From: Phallusia mammillata
Taxonomy: Eukaryota
Direction: 5' to 3'
Assembly: GCA_965637545.1 (NCBI GenBank)
Contig: OZ281496.1
Span: 15,066,001 to 15,130,000, forward strand
DNA length: 64,000 bases
In this document: positions 12,395-23,060 of the stretch, piece after piece
Numbering within the stretch: position 1 is the stretch's first letter
Layout: every line of letters begins with the position of its first letter
Notes under the pieces: model-generated
Databases searched by the model: none
Told to the model about the DNA's origin: nothing
The model's input: the letters and a program-made list of their open reading frames with translations, nothing else
Program-made: the position numbers and the translations under genes

Positions 12395-14792
12395 AATTGA
12401 CTACATAAACGTAATAATGTTTATTAGATTTAACCAACAGAGATCGACACTATAAGTCCTGTAATGTAAAATAGAAGTAAACACAAAATGTCAAGTAAAC
12501 GCGAAAACTACAACCGAGGAAAGCAACACGAAAACGAGAGACTTTAAGCGGAACTAAGGAATGTAATTAAACTGCGCAGAAATACAAATAACCCTTTGGG
12601 CAAAGAGTGAACAAAATACAGAGCGGAGCCCACGAGCGTAAATTGCTTAGTAGCTCGCTGCATTCACCCTCGGTAAAAATAATGTTCACAAAACATCACC
12701 ACAATACTACACAGTCCACTCGCCATAACGAGCAGGTGACTTTTGTTCATGGGTAGAACGACGAAGATTAGGTGGTGAGTCAGCCGATTCAAGGGGCGCG
12801 GCACTGTCCACTTCAACAGCGACGTCATCTTCAGATGAAGATATCTCATCTTCTGCTGAGCTCGAAGAGTTCGGACAAGGAGCCAGGTCAGAAGTTGAGA
12901 CTGTGCTTTCCCGTCCGTTGGAATGCCGCACATGGGCGTACGATGGATTTGCATCCAGCAAGGTCACAGGATCACACAACGGGTCTCCTTTCGAGCGGAC
13001 AAACCTACGAAGAAGTACAGTGCCACGGTTCAGCAGCTATGAGGGCATCGAGGTACCAGACAGGACTCGGCGGGAAAAACTAAAAAAGCGTTCGTGAGGC
13101 GTTTGGTTAGTGGCGGTGCACAGTAGGGTCCGCATGGCATGTGGAGCATCAGATAACACTTCCTCCCAACGGCTATCGGGTAAATTGCGGTTGCGAAGCA
13201 GAAGTTTTACCGTCTTCCAGACAGTTTGGTTTGTCTTTTCACATTTGCTGTTCCCTTCAGGATGATATGGCGTGGATTGACTAGTAGCGATGCCACGCGA
13301 GAGTAAATATTGACGCGTTTCCTCGCTGAGAAAAGAAGTTCCTCCGTCGCTGTGAATATAGTCAGGAAAACCAAAAAGGCAAAATAGGTTGGAGAGGCAA
13401 CCGATAACGGTGGACGAAGTCATTCTCTTGCAATGAGAAACAAAAGGATACCGACTGTACTCATCTACAACGATTAGAAGATAAGGATTCTGACCAGGTA
13501 CTGGGCCTTTGAAGTCCATACTGATCCTTTCCCACAGTTTGGTAGCTTTTATCAGTTCTCTTGCCTGAGGCTTGTAGAAACGTGGCTTGAGTTCGGCACA
13601 CACGCGACATCTGTTGCCAGCCGATTTAGTTTCATCACTAGTATAAGGCAAATTGTGAGATTTAACAAAATGATACACATACGGGCGTATCCAGGGTGTT
13701 CAAGTGATGCATGCAGTGCAGAAAGATCTTGAAGAGACCTTAAGAAATGCGACCACTTTCTTTAAGCTTCAATAATAGCAGAGGCTTCCTTTTTAATAGC
13801 GGGGTAATTGCGTTCGCAACGGTTAAGTGTACGAGACATGAAAGCCACGGGTCGTCCCTTTTGCGACAAGACGGCAGCTACAGCAAAATCAGAGGCGTCT
13901 GTTTCCACTTAAAAAGGTCTTTTGCATTTCAAGAGAGGGGCTACACGTCGTGAAAAATTCTTAATCCACTTAGCGTAGTAAGACAACATTCCTGGTACTC
14001 TTTTCAGTTCCTTTGGTGAAGCTGGAGGTGACAACTCAAATAAAGGCTGCAAACGATTTGGGTCAGGTCGAATTTCATTGAAGGAAATACAATGTCCAAG
14101 AAAGTCCAAAGTAGTTGTTCTAATTCTGGACTTTTCTTGATTTATAGTAATGTTATTTTGCGAGCATCTTCAAGAAGACGACGAAGGCTGAGATCGTGTT
14201 CCTCTAACGTAGCACCGGTAACGGTGATGTCATCAAGGTACGCGTATACCTTATGCAACTTATTGTCTTGAATAAAATCATCAATGGCGCGTTGGAAGGC
14301 AGCCACGCCATTCGTCACGCCAAATTTCGTCACGCGTCACGCTTCAAATGCGGTATACGGGCGTTCGTTATCCAGCAATGGAACTTGATGGTAAGCAGAA
14401 CGGAGATCAAGACGGCTGTAGAACCGATCTTGAGCAATTAAACTTACAATTTCCTCAATCTTAGGTAGAGGATAGGCATCTAACTGAGTATATCTATTGA
14501 CCGTGACAGAATAGTCAACGACGAGTCGTTTCTTGTGACCTCGTGAAACGACTAACACCGGCGCTCTCCAGGGAGAACGGGCAGGTTCAATAATATCAGA
14601 TTTCAGAAGCCGTTTTACTTCAGCATTGACAAAGCGTAAGTCTTCTTTGCTATATCGGCGAGACCGAGCGGCAACAGGTGTACAACCAGGCAAAAGAAAT
14701 TCGAAAAGTCGAGAAGGCTTGAGTGTTGCAGCGGGTAATTCCAACAAAGAAACGCCCAAAGAAGCGATACGAAGCGGGGGGTTCAGCGCCTC
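12395..14792 (-). mobile_element. Ty3/Gypsy LTR retrotransposon, pol half (RT-RH-IN) plus 3' LTR, degenerate
   Basis: RT motifs DLRSAYHQVP and AYLDDITV. Integrase ISMDFKGP, HSDGGTSF, YHPEGNSKCEK (13037..13678). LTR ~12395..12711 begins TGTAGT on the minus strand. Confidence 0.9.
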
Positions 14793-16592
14793 TTCTTCTT
14801 CGATTATGCAGCGTCTTTTAGAAATTGAAGATTTAAACCTACTTAAAGCAGCCGAAATCGCTGAAAATCTTGCCAAATCACAACAACAATCTCTCTTGAT
14901 GGGTAAAAATTCATTAGTTGCTTCGGCACCCTCGAAAATCGCCGCCGGCAGTACTGAAAGCGCCGCTAGTTCACTTGCTCCGTTGTACCACGATGTGCCT
15001 ATGGCCACTGCTCGACGTACAAATCGACCCCGGGCAAAGTCTTGTTATTTCTGCGGCGGTGCAATGCATCGCAGCCGATCTGCTTGCCCGTCTCTTGAAG
15101 CTGTGTGTTGTAACTGCGGGAAAAGAGGACATTTCTCCCAGTTTTTTTGAAGCAGCCCCTCTTCTAATCAAAGCAGCTCTCGTTTGCGTCCCACCTCAGC
15201 TGTGTGTTTCTCTGCACGATGCTATATTTCAAACGCTTTCAAATCCCACTCTCTCGCTGGAGCTCCCCTAAGTCTGGGACTCGCTCTCGCAGACGGCTCG
15301 TTGGAATCTAGACCAGTGAAAGTCTTGATTGATTCTGGTGCCTCCGGTAACTTTATCAGCAAACAGGTAGCTCAGTCACTTTACTTACAGACATCCGGCC
15401 CTCATACGCCCATTACCATGGCTTCTTCTTGTTATCTATGGCAACCTCTGGCTCTACATCGGCTACAATCTCTTTACTTGGCCGTTCGTATTCGCTGACT
15501 TTCGGTATTTTAAAGCATGGGTCGGCAACCTTTTTTCTACTGCGGACCGCATTTGAAACTAAAATTTTATCGCGGACCGGCCTTCAAAAACCTACAAATA
15601 TTTAGCAATGAAAACGCCTAAATTAGATAATATCATCGGGATACATGAGCAAAGTGTTTTGAAGCATTTACCCTGAAAAAGTATACAGCCCGGTAACGAA
15701 CTCGTCGCGGACCGGCGGGTGCCGACCACTGTTTTAAAGGACCTTTGAGCCGATGTCATTCTTGGGCAAGATTTTCTCGAGAGACATCAAGAAGTGACTT
15801 GTTGTATGGGAGGCACTGAACCCCCGCTTCGCATCGCGTCTCTGGGCGTTTCTTTGATTGACTTACCCGCCGCAACACTCAAGCCTCCTCGACTTTTCGA
15901 ATTTCTTTTGCCTGGTTGCACACCTATTGCCGCTCGGTCTCGCCGATATAGCAAAGAAGACTTGCGCTTTATCAATGCTGGAGTAAAACGGCTTCTGAAA
16001 TCTTATATCATTGAACCTGCCCGTTCTCCGATGTGAGTCGTTTCACGAGGTCACAAGAAACGACTCGTCGTTGACGATTCTGTCACGGTTAATAGACATA
16101 GTCAGTTAGATGCCTATCCTCTACCTAAGTTTGAGGAAATTGTAAATTTAATTGCTCAAGATCGGTTCTACAGCCGTCTTGATCTCCGATCTGCTTACCA
16201 CCAAGTTCCTTTGCTGGATAACGAACGCCCGTATTCTGCATTTGAAGCGCGTGGTAGATTTCATCCAAAACATTACATCCCCAAAGCACCTGACCCAAAC
16301 ATTATTTTTACCGAGGGAGAATGCAGCGAGCTATACTAAGCAATTTACTCTCGTGGGCTCCTCTCTGTACTTTACTCACTCTTTGCCTTAAGTGTTATTT
16401 GTATTCCTGCGTAGTTTAATTACATTCCTTAGTTCCACTTAAAGTCTCTCTTTTTCTTGTTGCTTTCGTCATTGGCAGTTTTCGCGTTTATTTGACATTT
16501 CGTGTTAACTTCCATTTTACATTACAGGACTTTTGTGTCGATCTCTGTTGTTTAAAGGTAATAAACATTATTACGTTTATGTAGTCAATTAC
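14793..16592 (+). mobile_element. Second copy of the same Gypsy family: gag C-terminus, protease, RT start, internal deletion, 3' LTR
   Basis: QRLLEIEDLNLLKAAEIAENL, knuckles CYFCGGAMH..C and CCNCGKRGH, protease LIDSGAS. RT start 15812..16260 is homologous to 14340..14792 (inverted). 16298..16592 is an inverted homolog of LTR 12395..12690. Confidence 0.85.
15516..15731. mobile_element. hAT MITE inserted in the Gypsy protease-RT linker
   Basis: TIRs CATGGGTCGGCAACC / GGGTGCCGACCACTG, 8-bp TSD TTTTAAAG. Confidence 0.9.
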
Positions 16593-18419
16593 TGCAGTTA
16601 CAAACCCAATTACAAGAGAAAAACGCTTCTTTATTCCTAAGTGTTCAAACCAACAAAGGTCCTTTTGAAAAAAAAACGCAAGATTAGCAAGAAATCTTTC
16701 CAGAAGAGTTGAAGACGTCTCTTGTTTGCTCACATTGCAGATATATGCCATTCCTTACGATAACGCTCGAGCCAAGATGAAGGGACTTTGACCGCCACCA
16801 CGCACAGTGTTGCTGAACAAAAGCGTCGCACCAGACGGGCATTTGCCTTTTAACATAGTTGACCCAGAAACCCTGTTCCGAATATTTCTCAAAGCGATGA
16901 CTTGACCAGCTCTTATCGAATATTCTTTGGTGGATTTTTTATGATATGTATTATTTTGATTCACTCTAACATTCAGCAATGACATGTTTCTAGTAACAAT
17001 GGTATAGTATGACTGTCTGTAAAACTAAAAAAATGATACAACGTACATGTTTGAATGCGGGATTTGTATACTGTGTCCGATTCGCATGAGCATCAAGCAC
17101 CGATTTATTTTAAAGATATACAATGAGGGTCTGGGTACCACATAGGTCAAATTCATTTTTGTAAACGAATATTTTGGGGTCTCGATTGGTTGATGCTTAT
17201 GATATTTGGGTTCTATTTTTACATTCAAAAATACTTCATTTAAACATGAAGGACACCAATATAATGCAACATTTAGCTATGAGATGTTTTAAAGCTTTTT
17301 AGACAAAGTAAGTAAAGCAGGTAACATTTTGACTGAAGTTGCGACTGTTGTGCACTCACCCGTAACTAAAAGAAAAACAGATGCACAGTCCACAAGATTG
17401 CAAGTACGAGTGCTGGACACCCATCTCATTCGTGTGGGCAACAGTGTAGTAATGCATATAGTCATTTGATTGTCATCCATGCAAGCAGAAAACATATTTC
17501 ATGACACAGAGGTTTGTCTTTGCTTCAGAGCGGGGTAGTAATAATTCATTGAAGAATTCAGGGTGTTATATAGATTTTTTAGGTTTATATCAAGACAATA
17601 ATGCCGCGGTGTATGTAAATTTGGTACTTCACGTTAAACTCAGTAAATTTGTGTAACATATGAGGAAAAAGAAAAACCAATGGGACGATTCCTGCAGGTC
17701 TCATTTATTGTTCGTCTGTTTCTATTAAATGTAGTCTTAAATTTTTTTACAACGAGCAAAAAAATATGATTAAATAAAAACTACTCTTTGTATATGTTAA
17801 GAAGAGGTGATATTGCTTCGGCTTGTTGTTTGTTTGTTTGAAACAACAATTTTAGTGAAAACATAATTTTAGTAATAATTGATTTCGTAATTCCTGTTCA
17901 GCAATTTAACAAAGACGTCAATGATCATGTGATTTTAATTTTAGGCGAGAAGTGTTTAATGTACAAGTTTCATGAACGCACAAGTTTTTGAAACCTGTGA
18001 TGGCTCTTTGCGTTTTTTGAAGCGCTGACCACAGAAAAGTATTGGGAGTTTGTAAAACCACTCTTCGCATTATGTCTTTTGCTTTCAAAAGTGATTACAT
18101 GTTTAAGAAAAATATTGTTACGTATTGCATTGAACTTTTTGTTTTCCTTCAAAAATATTTTGCTAAGTCACGTGCCATACAGGCCGAATGTCAAAATCCC
18201 GACAGACAAAAATTAAAATAACGATAGGTAAATATTAAATTCCGATAATCACTGGAATCCAATCGACGATGATTGATATTCCGATATCAGCGAGTTAAAC
18301 ACCACCCACCAACGAACGAGTTAGTTTACTAGCTAAATGAATCTTGTCAGTTCCCAATCTTTTAAAATCACACTGGTTTTATAGACTTTTCTTTGTACAT
18401 CCGGCAAATTTGTGCAAAT

Positions 18420-18620
18420 CATCTCGCTACAATCGAGACAGGGCCTCAGAGTATGTATCGTCGGAGAGACGGACAGGTTTCACTACGCGCCTGAAGGAAC
18501 AGCAAAGATACGTAACAAAGGGATGTCTGGAAATCGGCCATGTTGCTGTAATTGCCAAGGGACAGGGTACAGAAAACGCTGGTTTTTAGAATCTGAAACT
18601 CACGCGCCAAACGATAAACA
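18420..18620 (+). pseudogene. Degenerate GIY-YIG endonuclease remnant, probably from an old Penelope-like element
   Basis: Two overlapping frames give IVGETDR and FTTRLKEQQRYVTKG, resembling the PLE motif YxGETGRxFxTRLKEH. Confidence 0.45.
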
Positions 18621-18806
18621 TAAAAACAAATGTTCTAATGCCGATAAGCTGTCGGTCGCTTTTACACCCCATAAACACGGAATTTATCTACGTTATCGCC
18701 GTTTTTTTCCTTGTTTTTCACCCTCTTGGTGTTATAACAACGACTGTGTTGGGTAGCTGACATTAACCTCTTGTAGGACGTCAACACGTCTGATGACTTG
18801 TACTTA

Positions 18807-21800
18807 GAATAAGTAAGGTAATTTGATTGAAAATGAATATGAGTGAAATTTTGTTACCTGGAAGTACTGAGAGTTTACAAACTTCCTCACATCAGATGTT
18901 TTCTACCACACAAAAGTCTGAAGAAAGTATTCACAGTGGGGTTGAAAACAGTCATCTACCTATTCCAATTCTCAAAGAAGAAACAAAATTAAATAAACTG
19001 AAGAACTTTGGGTCAAAAGTCAGCTTGGGAAGAAACAAGGTGGAACCTTTGTTTGATGAAAATCGGCCAACATCAGCACCAGTTTCCTCATCAGTTGGTG
19101 GATTTACTCTGCAAAATAGCCCGAAAACGGCTATAGATGAACTTCGTCATCAGCAATTTTATCACAAACTAAAAAAAACCTCCCTTGTTCAATCCACCAA
19201 CAAGCCTAAGGAGCAATCAGCACTGATTAAAGAAAAAGAGCCTGACTTGACACAAACTGATGTGTTTCATGAAACAGCATATATTCCATATGAGTATGCT
19301 CATGCCATGATTAGTAGAATTGTTGATGATATGAAAAGTATGAAACTGAATCATCTCTCAATTGTTGCTAAAATTGAAAATCAGTACCAATCGATTGAAA
19401 ATGAAACTCAGACCAAGTTTGAGACATTTCTTCATACATTACAAGCAAAGCATCAGTCAAAAATTGATTCTTTTCACCATGTGATTAGTATTTTAAAGTC
19501 ACGATTAGCTTCCTCAAGTCAAAGTTTGGACACCATTGATAGCCTGAAGTTGAAAAATAAACAGCTATTACAAGAAAAAACATCATCTTTGAAAGCTAAA
19601 AAAGAAGCAGCCCAAGAAATTTTTTTCATGCCACTTGTAAATGATAAAAAAGAGGTACCTGGGGTTGTGGAAGAAACTGATGAACAAGGGGAAAAGATTG
19701 CTGATGACTTACAACAAACAGAAAAGTTATTACAACCAATCGCAGAGCAAAATGATGAAGCTGATGCAATCGTCAAACCTTTGAAAACAAATGCCACTGG
19801 AAAAATATTACAAGTGGATATTGTTGAGGACACAATAGATGTTGATTCTATACTTAAATCTGATGATGTAACACAGTTCCTAGATGAAACAGAAGATGAC
19901 ATCATGACACCATCATCAGAAGATTCAAATTATGATTCAGAGAAAACTTCAGAGGGTTTTATATCTATGAAAGCAGAGGTTGCTGCTGTTGCACTAATGA
20001 TTGACGGAGATTACAAATCTGCACCAGCGGCTAACTTATCAGAAAAAGATGTCTCGAATGTTAAAATGAAAAGACCCAAATCAGCAAAAAAACGTGGGGT
20101 AGACCAGCAACTGCAAAAAAGTCGCAAAATGCTGGTCGAGTTAAAGAAACAGAACGATGCATATTCCAAACAAATACAGTCTCTCGAACGGCAAATTAAA
20201 TCTGTTGGTCCAACAACAGGAAGTTCGGCTGGTGGTGTTGACAAAGACAAAAAGAGAATGGAAAAGCAAGTTAAAGATTTGGAAAAAAAGCTTGAGTTCG
20301 AAATCAAAAAGCTGGAAAAAATGAAAATGTCCAACACTGATTTACAAGGCAACTTACAAGCATCCTCTAAGGAATTGGCTGACCTGAAAAAAAAACTTAC
20401 AGCCCAAGAGCAGGAATGTGCACATCTTCGCGAATATGCTGGTGCTGGAGTGGTGGCACTACAGCAGGTGTCCGTATTACAAAGCGAAGTCAAAGATTTG
20501 ACAAATATGAACAAAGTCCTGACAGAAAACTATAACTCCGAAAGAATCTTAAGAAAAAAGTACTACAACATGGTTGAAGAAATGAAAGGAAAAATTCGCG
20601 TGTATTGCCGTGTACGTCCGTTGAGTTCCACTGAAAAGCAAAACAAAAACAAAAGCGCTGTGTTTTCCCCTGATGATTACACGGTAAAAGTCGAGCAAGC
20701 CCGGGGAGATCTGAAAGAGTTTCAATTTGATCAAATATTTACAGAGTCGAATAGTCAAGAAGACATTTTCGAGGATACAAACAGTCTGGTCCAGTCAGCG
20801 GTCGACGGATACAACGTGTGTATATTTGCATACGGGCAAACGGGCTCTGGAAAAACGTACACCATGATTGGCGACAAGGAACAAAAAAATCCTGGTATTG
20901 CTCCTCGAGCATTCAGAAGAATTTTTGATCTGATAAAAGCGAACCAACAGAAGTTTAATTTTCAGATTTCCTGCTACATGCTTGAATTGTACAACGAAAA
21001 ACTGATAGATCTCTTGGGTAAAAGTCAAAAGTCCGACGTACGACTGGACATAAAAAAAGACAACAAGGGGATGGTATTTGTCCAAGGATGCACAGTTGAA
21101 ACAGCTGAATCTGCCGATGGTTTATACGAAATTTTTTCGAAAGGATCTGAAAGTCGTCATATTGCTTCGACAAACATGAACAGTGCAAGCTCTAGATCCC
21201 ATCTTGTCATCGGAGTTGTAATCGAAAGTACAAACTTGGCAACTGGAGCTGTAACACGTGGAAAGTTGAGCTTGGTTGATTTGGCCGGGAGCGAACGTGT
21301 AGGCAAAACCGGAGCCACTGACACTCAGCTTAAAGAGGCAAATTCTATCAACAAATCTCTCTCAGCTTTGGGAGACGTGATTTCTGCCTTGTCGAGTGAA
21401 CAAGGGTTTATTCCCTACAGAAACAACAAACTTACCATGCTGATGCAGGATTCCCTCGGTGGAAACGCAAAGACACTTATGTTTGTGAACGTTTCACCTG
21501 CTGACTACAATTGTGCGGAGAGCGCAATTTCCCTGACTTACGCATCGCGAGTAAAACTAATTACCAATGATGCCAGCAAAAATGCCGAAACGCGTGAGGT
21601 TGTCAGACTGAAACAAATTATTGCCAAACTGAAAGCTGGAGAGTCGGTTGATGTCGACAGTTAAATCTGTGCCAATGCATCATTTTTAAAGTTTTTATCT
21701 GTGTACAGCCATATATAACACTGCAGTTGTGTTTTTAGGTTTTTTGCTCTCTCACTTGCAGTCACACCGCGTAGTTATTACTGTGCTTATGTACGATTTA

Positions 21801-22106
21801 GGCCATTCTAAAGCTAGACTCAAGGAAGATTTCTACGCTGTTCTATTTGTCAACGCACAAACGTGTCATTCATTTCATTCTTGTGTTGAATCAAAATGTG
21901 TTGAACTTTTTGAAAACAATATATTTGAAAAGAGGTTACACCATATCACTGAATTACTCAATTTTTCAAAAAGTTGTTGTATTTAATATTTGAGTTGTTT
22001 TACAAATCCCCTATTCCTTGCAAGGTCTGGTCCATGTCTTCACAAATTGCTTTGATCTTGCACTTTTCCGAATAAAGACAATCTGCGATTTTAGACAAAA
22101 AAAAAA
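18807..22106 (+). other. Processed retrocopy unit containing the kinesin ORF
   Basis: TSD CTTGTACTTA at 18797-18806 and 22107-22116. The unit starts with GAATAAG (last 7 nt of SL), has no introns, and ends with AATAAA 22071-22076 and A10 22097-22106. Confidence 0.88.
18833..21664 (+). CDS. Kinesin-14, C-terminal motor, KCBP/kinesin-C-like (calmodulin-binding type); intronless intact ORF of 943 aa
   Basis: Coiled coil, then neck ERILRKKYYNMVEEMKGKIRVYCRVRP, P-loop FAYGQTGSGKT, switch I NSASSRSH, switch II DLAGSE, and C-terminal helix REVVRLKQIIAKLK as in KCBP-type motors. Confidence 0.93.
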   Translation: MNMSEILLPGSTESLQTSSHQMFSTTQKSEESIHSGVENSHLPIPILKEETKLNKLKNFGSKVSLGRNKVEPLFDENRPTSAPVSSSVGGFTLQNSPKTAIDELRHQQFYHKLKKTSLVQSTNKPKEQSALIKEKEPDLTQTDVFHETAYIPYEYAHAMISRIVDDMKSMKLNHLSIVAKIENQYQSIENETQTKFETFLHTLQAKHQSKIDSFHHVISILKSRLASSSQSLDTIDSLKLKNKQLLQEKTSSLKAKKEAAQEIFFMPLVNDKKEVPGVVEETDEQGEKIADDLQQTEKLLQPIAEQNDEADAIVKPLKTNATGKILQVDIVEDTIDVDSILKSDDVTQFLDETEDDIMTPSSEDSNYDSEKTSEGFISMKAEVAAVALMIDGDYKSAPAANLSEKDVSNVKMKRPKSAKKRGVDQQLQKSRKMLVELKKQNDAYSKQIQSLERQIKSVGPTTGSSAGGVDKDKKRMEKQVKDLEKKLEFEIKKLEKMKMSNTDLQGNLQASSKELADLKKKLTAQEQECAHLREYAGAGVVALQQVSVLQSEVKDLTNMNKVLTENYNSERILRKKYYNMVEEMKGKIRVYCRVRPLSSTEKQNKNKSAVFSPDDYTVKVEQARGDLKEFQFDQIFTESNSQEDIFEDTNSLVQSAVDGYNVCIFAYGQTGSGKTYTMIGDKEQKNPGIAPRAFRRIFDLIKANQQKFNFQISCYMLELYNEKLIDLLGKSQKSDVRLDIKKDNKGMVFVQGCTVETAESADGLYEIFSKGSESRHIASTNMNSASSRSHLVIGVVIESTNLATGAVTRGKLSLVDLAGSERVGKTGATDTQLKEANSINKSLSALGDVISALSSEQGFIPYRNNKLTMLMQDSLGGNAKTLMFVNVSPADYNCAESAISLTYASRVKLITNDASKNAETREVVRLKQIIAKLKAGESVDVDS

Positions 22107-22124
22107 CTTGTACTTATTTGCCGG

Positions 22125-22264
22125 ATTCTATTTGAATAAGAAAATATGTATTTTTGCTTAATAACAGTTATGTTTTGTGGCATCAAGGTTATGTGAACTG
22201 ATTGTTACCTCAAAGAAAATATTATGGAAAAGTACGAAAAAGTGAAGGTCGTTGGAAAGGGTGC
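22125..22264 (+). pseudogene. NEK8: SL-headed 5' retro-fragment of a NEK8-like kinase mRNA
   Basis: Exact SL at 22125-22140 with no GT after it, an 83-nt UTR, then ATG 22224 MEKYEKVKVVGKG(A), similar to the NEK8 N-terminus MEKYERIRVVGRGA. Truncated by a hAT end. Gene identity rests on only 13-14 residues. Confidence 0.65.
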
Positions 22265-22318
22265 AAAACATCTAGGGGGTGCTGCAATTCCGCAGACCCC
22301 TCGCACGAGCCGCCCCTG
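22265..22318. mobile_element. Isolated right end of the hAT-like family seen at 23061..25079
   Basis: TAGGGGGTGCTGCA..GCACGAGCCGCCCCTG matches 25033..25079. Confidence 0.7.
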
Positions 22319-22752
22319 GTAGAGCTACTGACACAGGACCTCACAACACACCGGTTTGGGAATTTTTGAATCAGCAATTATTGTCACCGTAAACGCCTGT
22401 GGAAATTCTAAAACCGGCGTGTTGTGAGTTCGGAAGAGCTACTTACACCATAACTCACTTTCGATAGGTGGCGCAGGAGCTGAATTATTTATTTAGCGGC
22501 TAAATGGGGGCAGGGTGGGGAAGTAAGGTTTTAAAATTTTACATTAATAGGTAAATGTTTGGGTTAGTTTCATTGAATTTTTGATGACAATACCTAACCC
22601 CAACAGCCCTAACCGTAGGCATGTTTTGAGATATACCATTTTCAATCGGATTGTGCTCTTTGCGCCACCTATCGAAAATTTGGTGAATGTGCGGCTGAAG
22701 TGAGTTATGGTTTTAGTAGATTTTGCTGTGAGTTTTTGTTAGTAGCTCTACC
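22318..22752. mobile_element. Foldback MITE, same family as 44423..44805
   Basis: Ends GGTAGAGCTACTGAC / GTTAGTAGCTCTACC, internal inverted TTCGATAGGTGGCGCA. No intact TSD here. Confidence 0.75.
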
Positions 22753-23060
22753 ATCAAATTATACGTTGATATTTAAACTGTCACGAGAAACTACATTAAC
22801 GGTGCGACTTAAAGTCCAGAAGCATGACAATAAATTGTGGACCTAGCATCAAGGCAAACAACACACAGACATACATCTGAAACCTGTCCTACAAATGAGA
22901 CTATGGGCGCTAATGGGTTTAACTAATTACTTGGATTGACATTGCAACCCTTTTTTGTGTGTTCGTAAGAGTGAGGAGATTTTGGCTACTTGTCGTGTGT
23001 GGTCTCGTAATTCACAGGCATGTTGCTTTACCATTGCGACAAGCTTGATTGATTCGTTAC

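Noticed and set aside
16488-16985. Two in-frame minus-strand ORFs separated by a single stop
   Set aside because: No recognisable motif. The 3' end overlaps the Gypsy LTR. A gene call cannot be supported without a search.
19519-20514. Antisense ORFs of 128 and 167 aa within the kinesin (likewise 28277..28894, 53883..54314, 60251..60592)
   Set aside because: Shadow frames of real coding sequence with no domain signal.
18833-21664. Horizontal transfer from plants or algae to explain the intronless KCBP-like kinesin
   Set aside because: The TSD, polyA tail and SL remnant explain intron loss by retroposition, and kinesin-C-type genes are already known in invertebrate deuterostomes.
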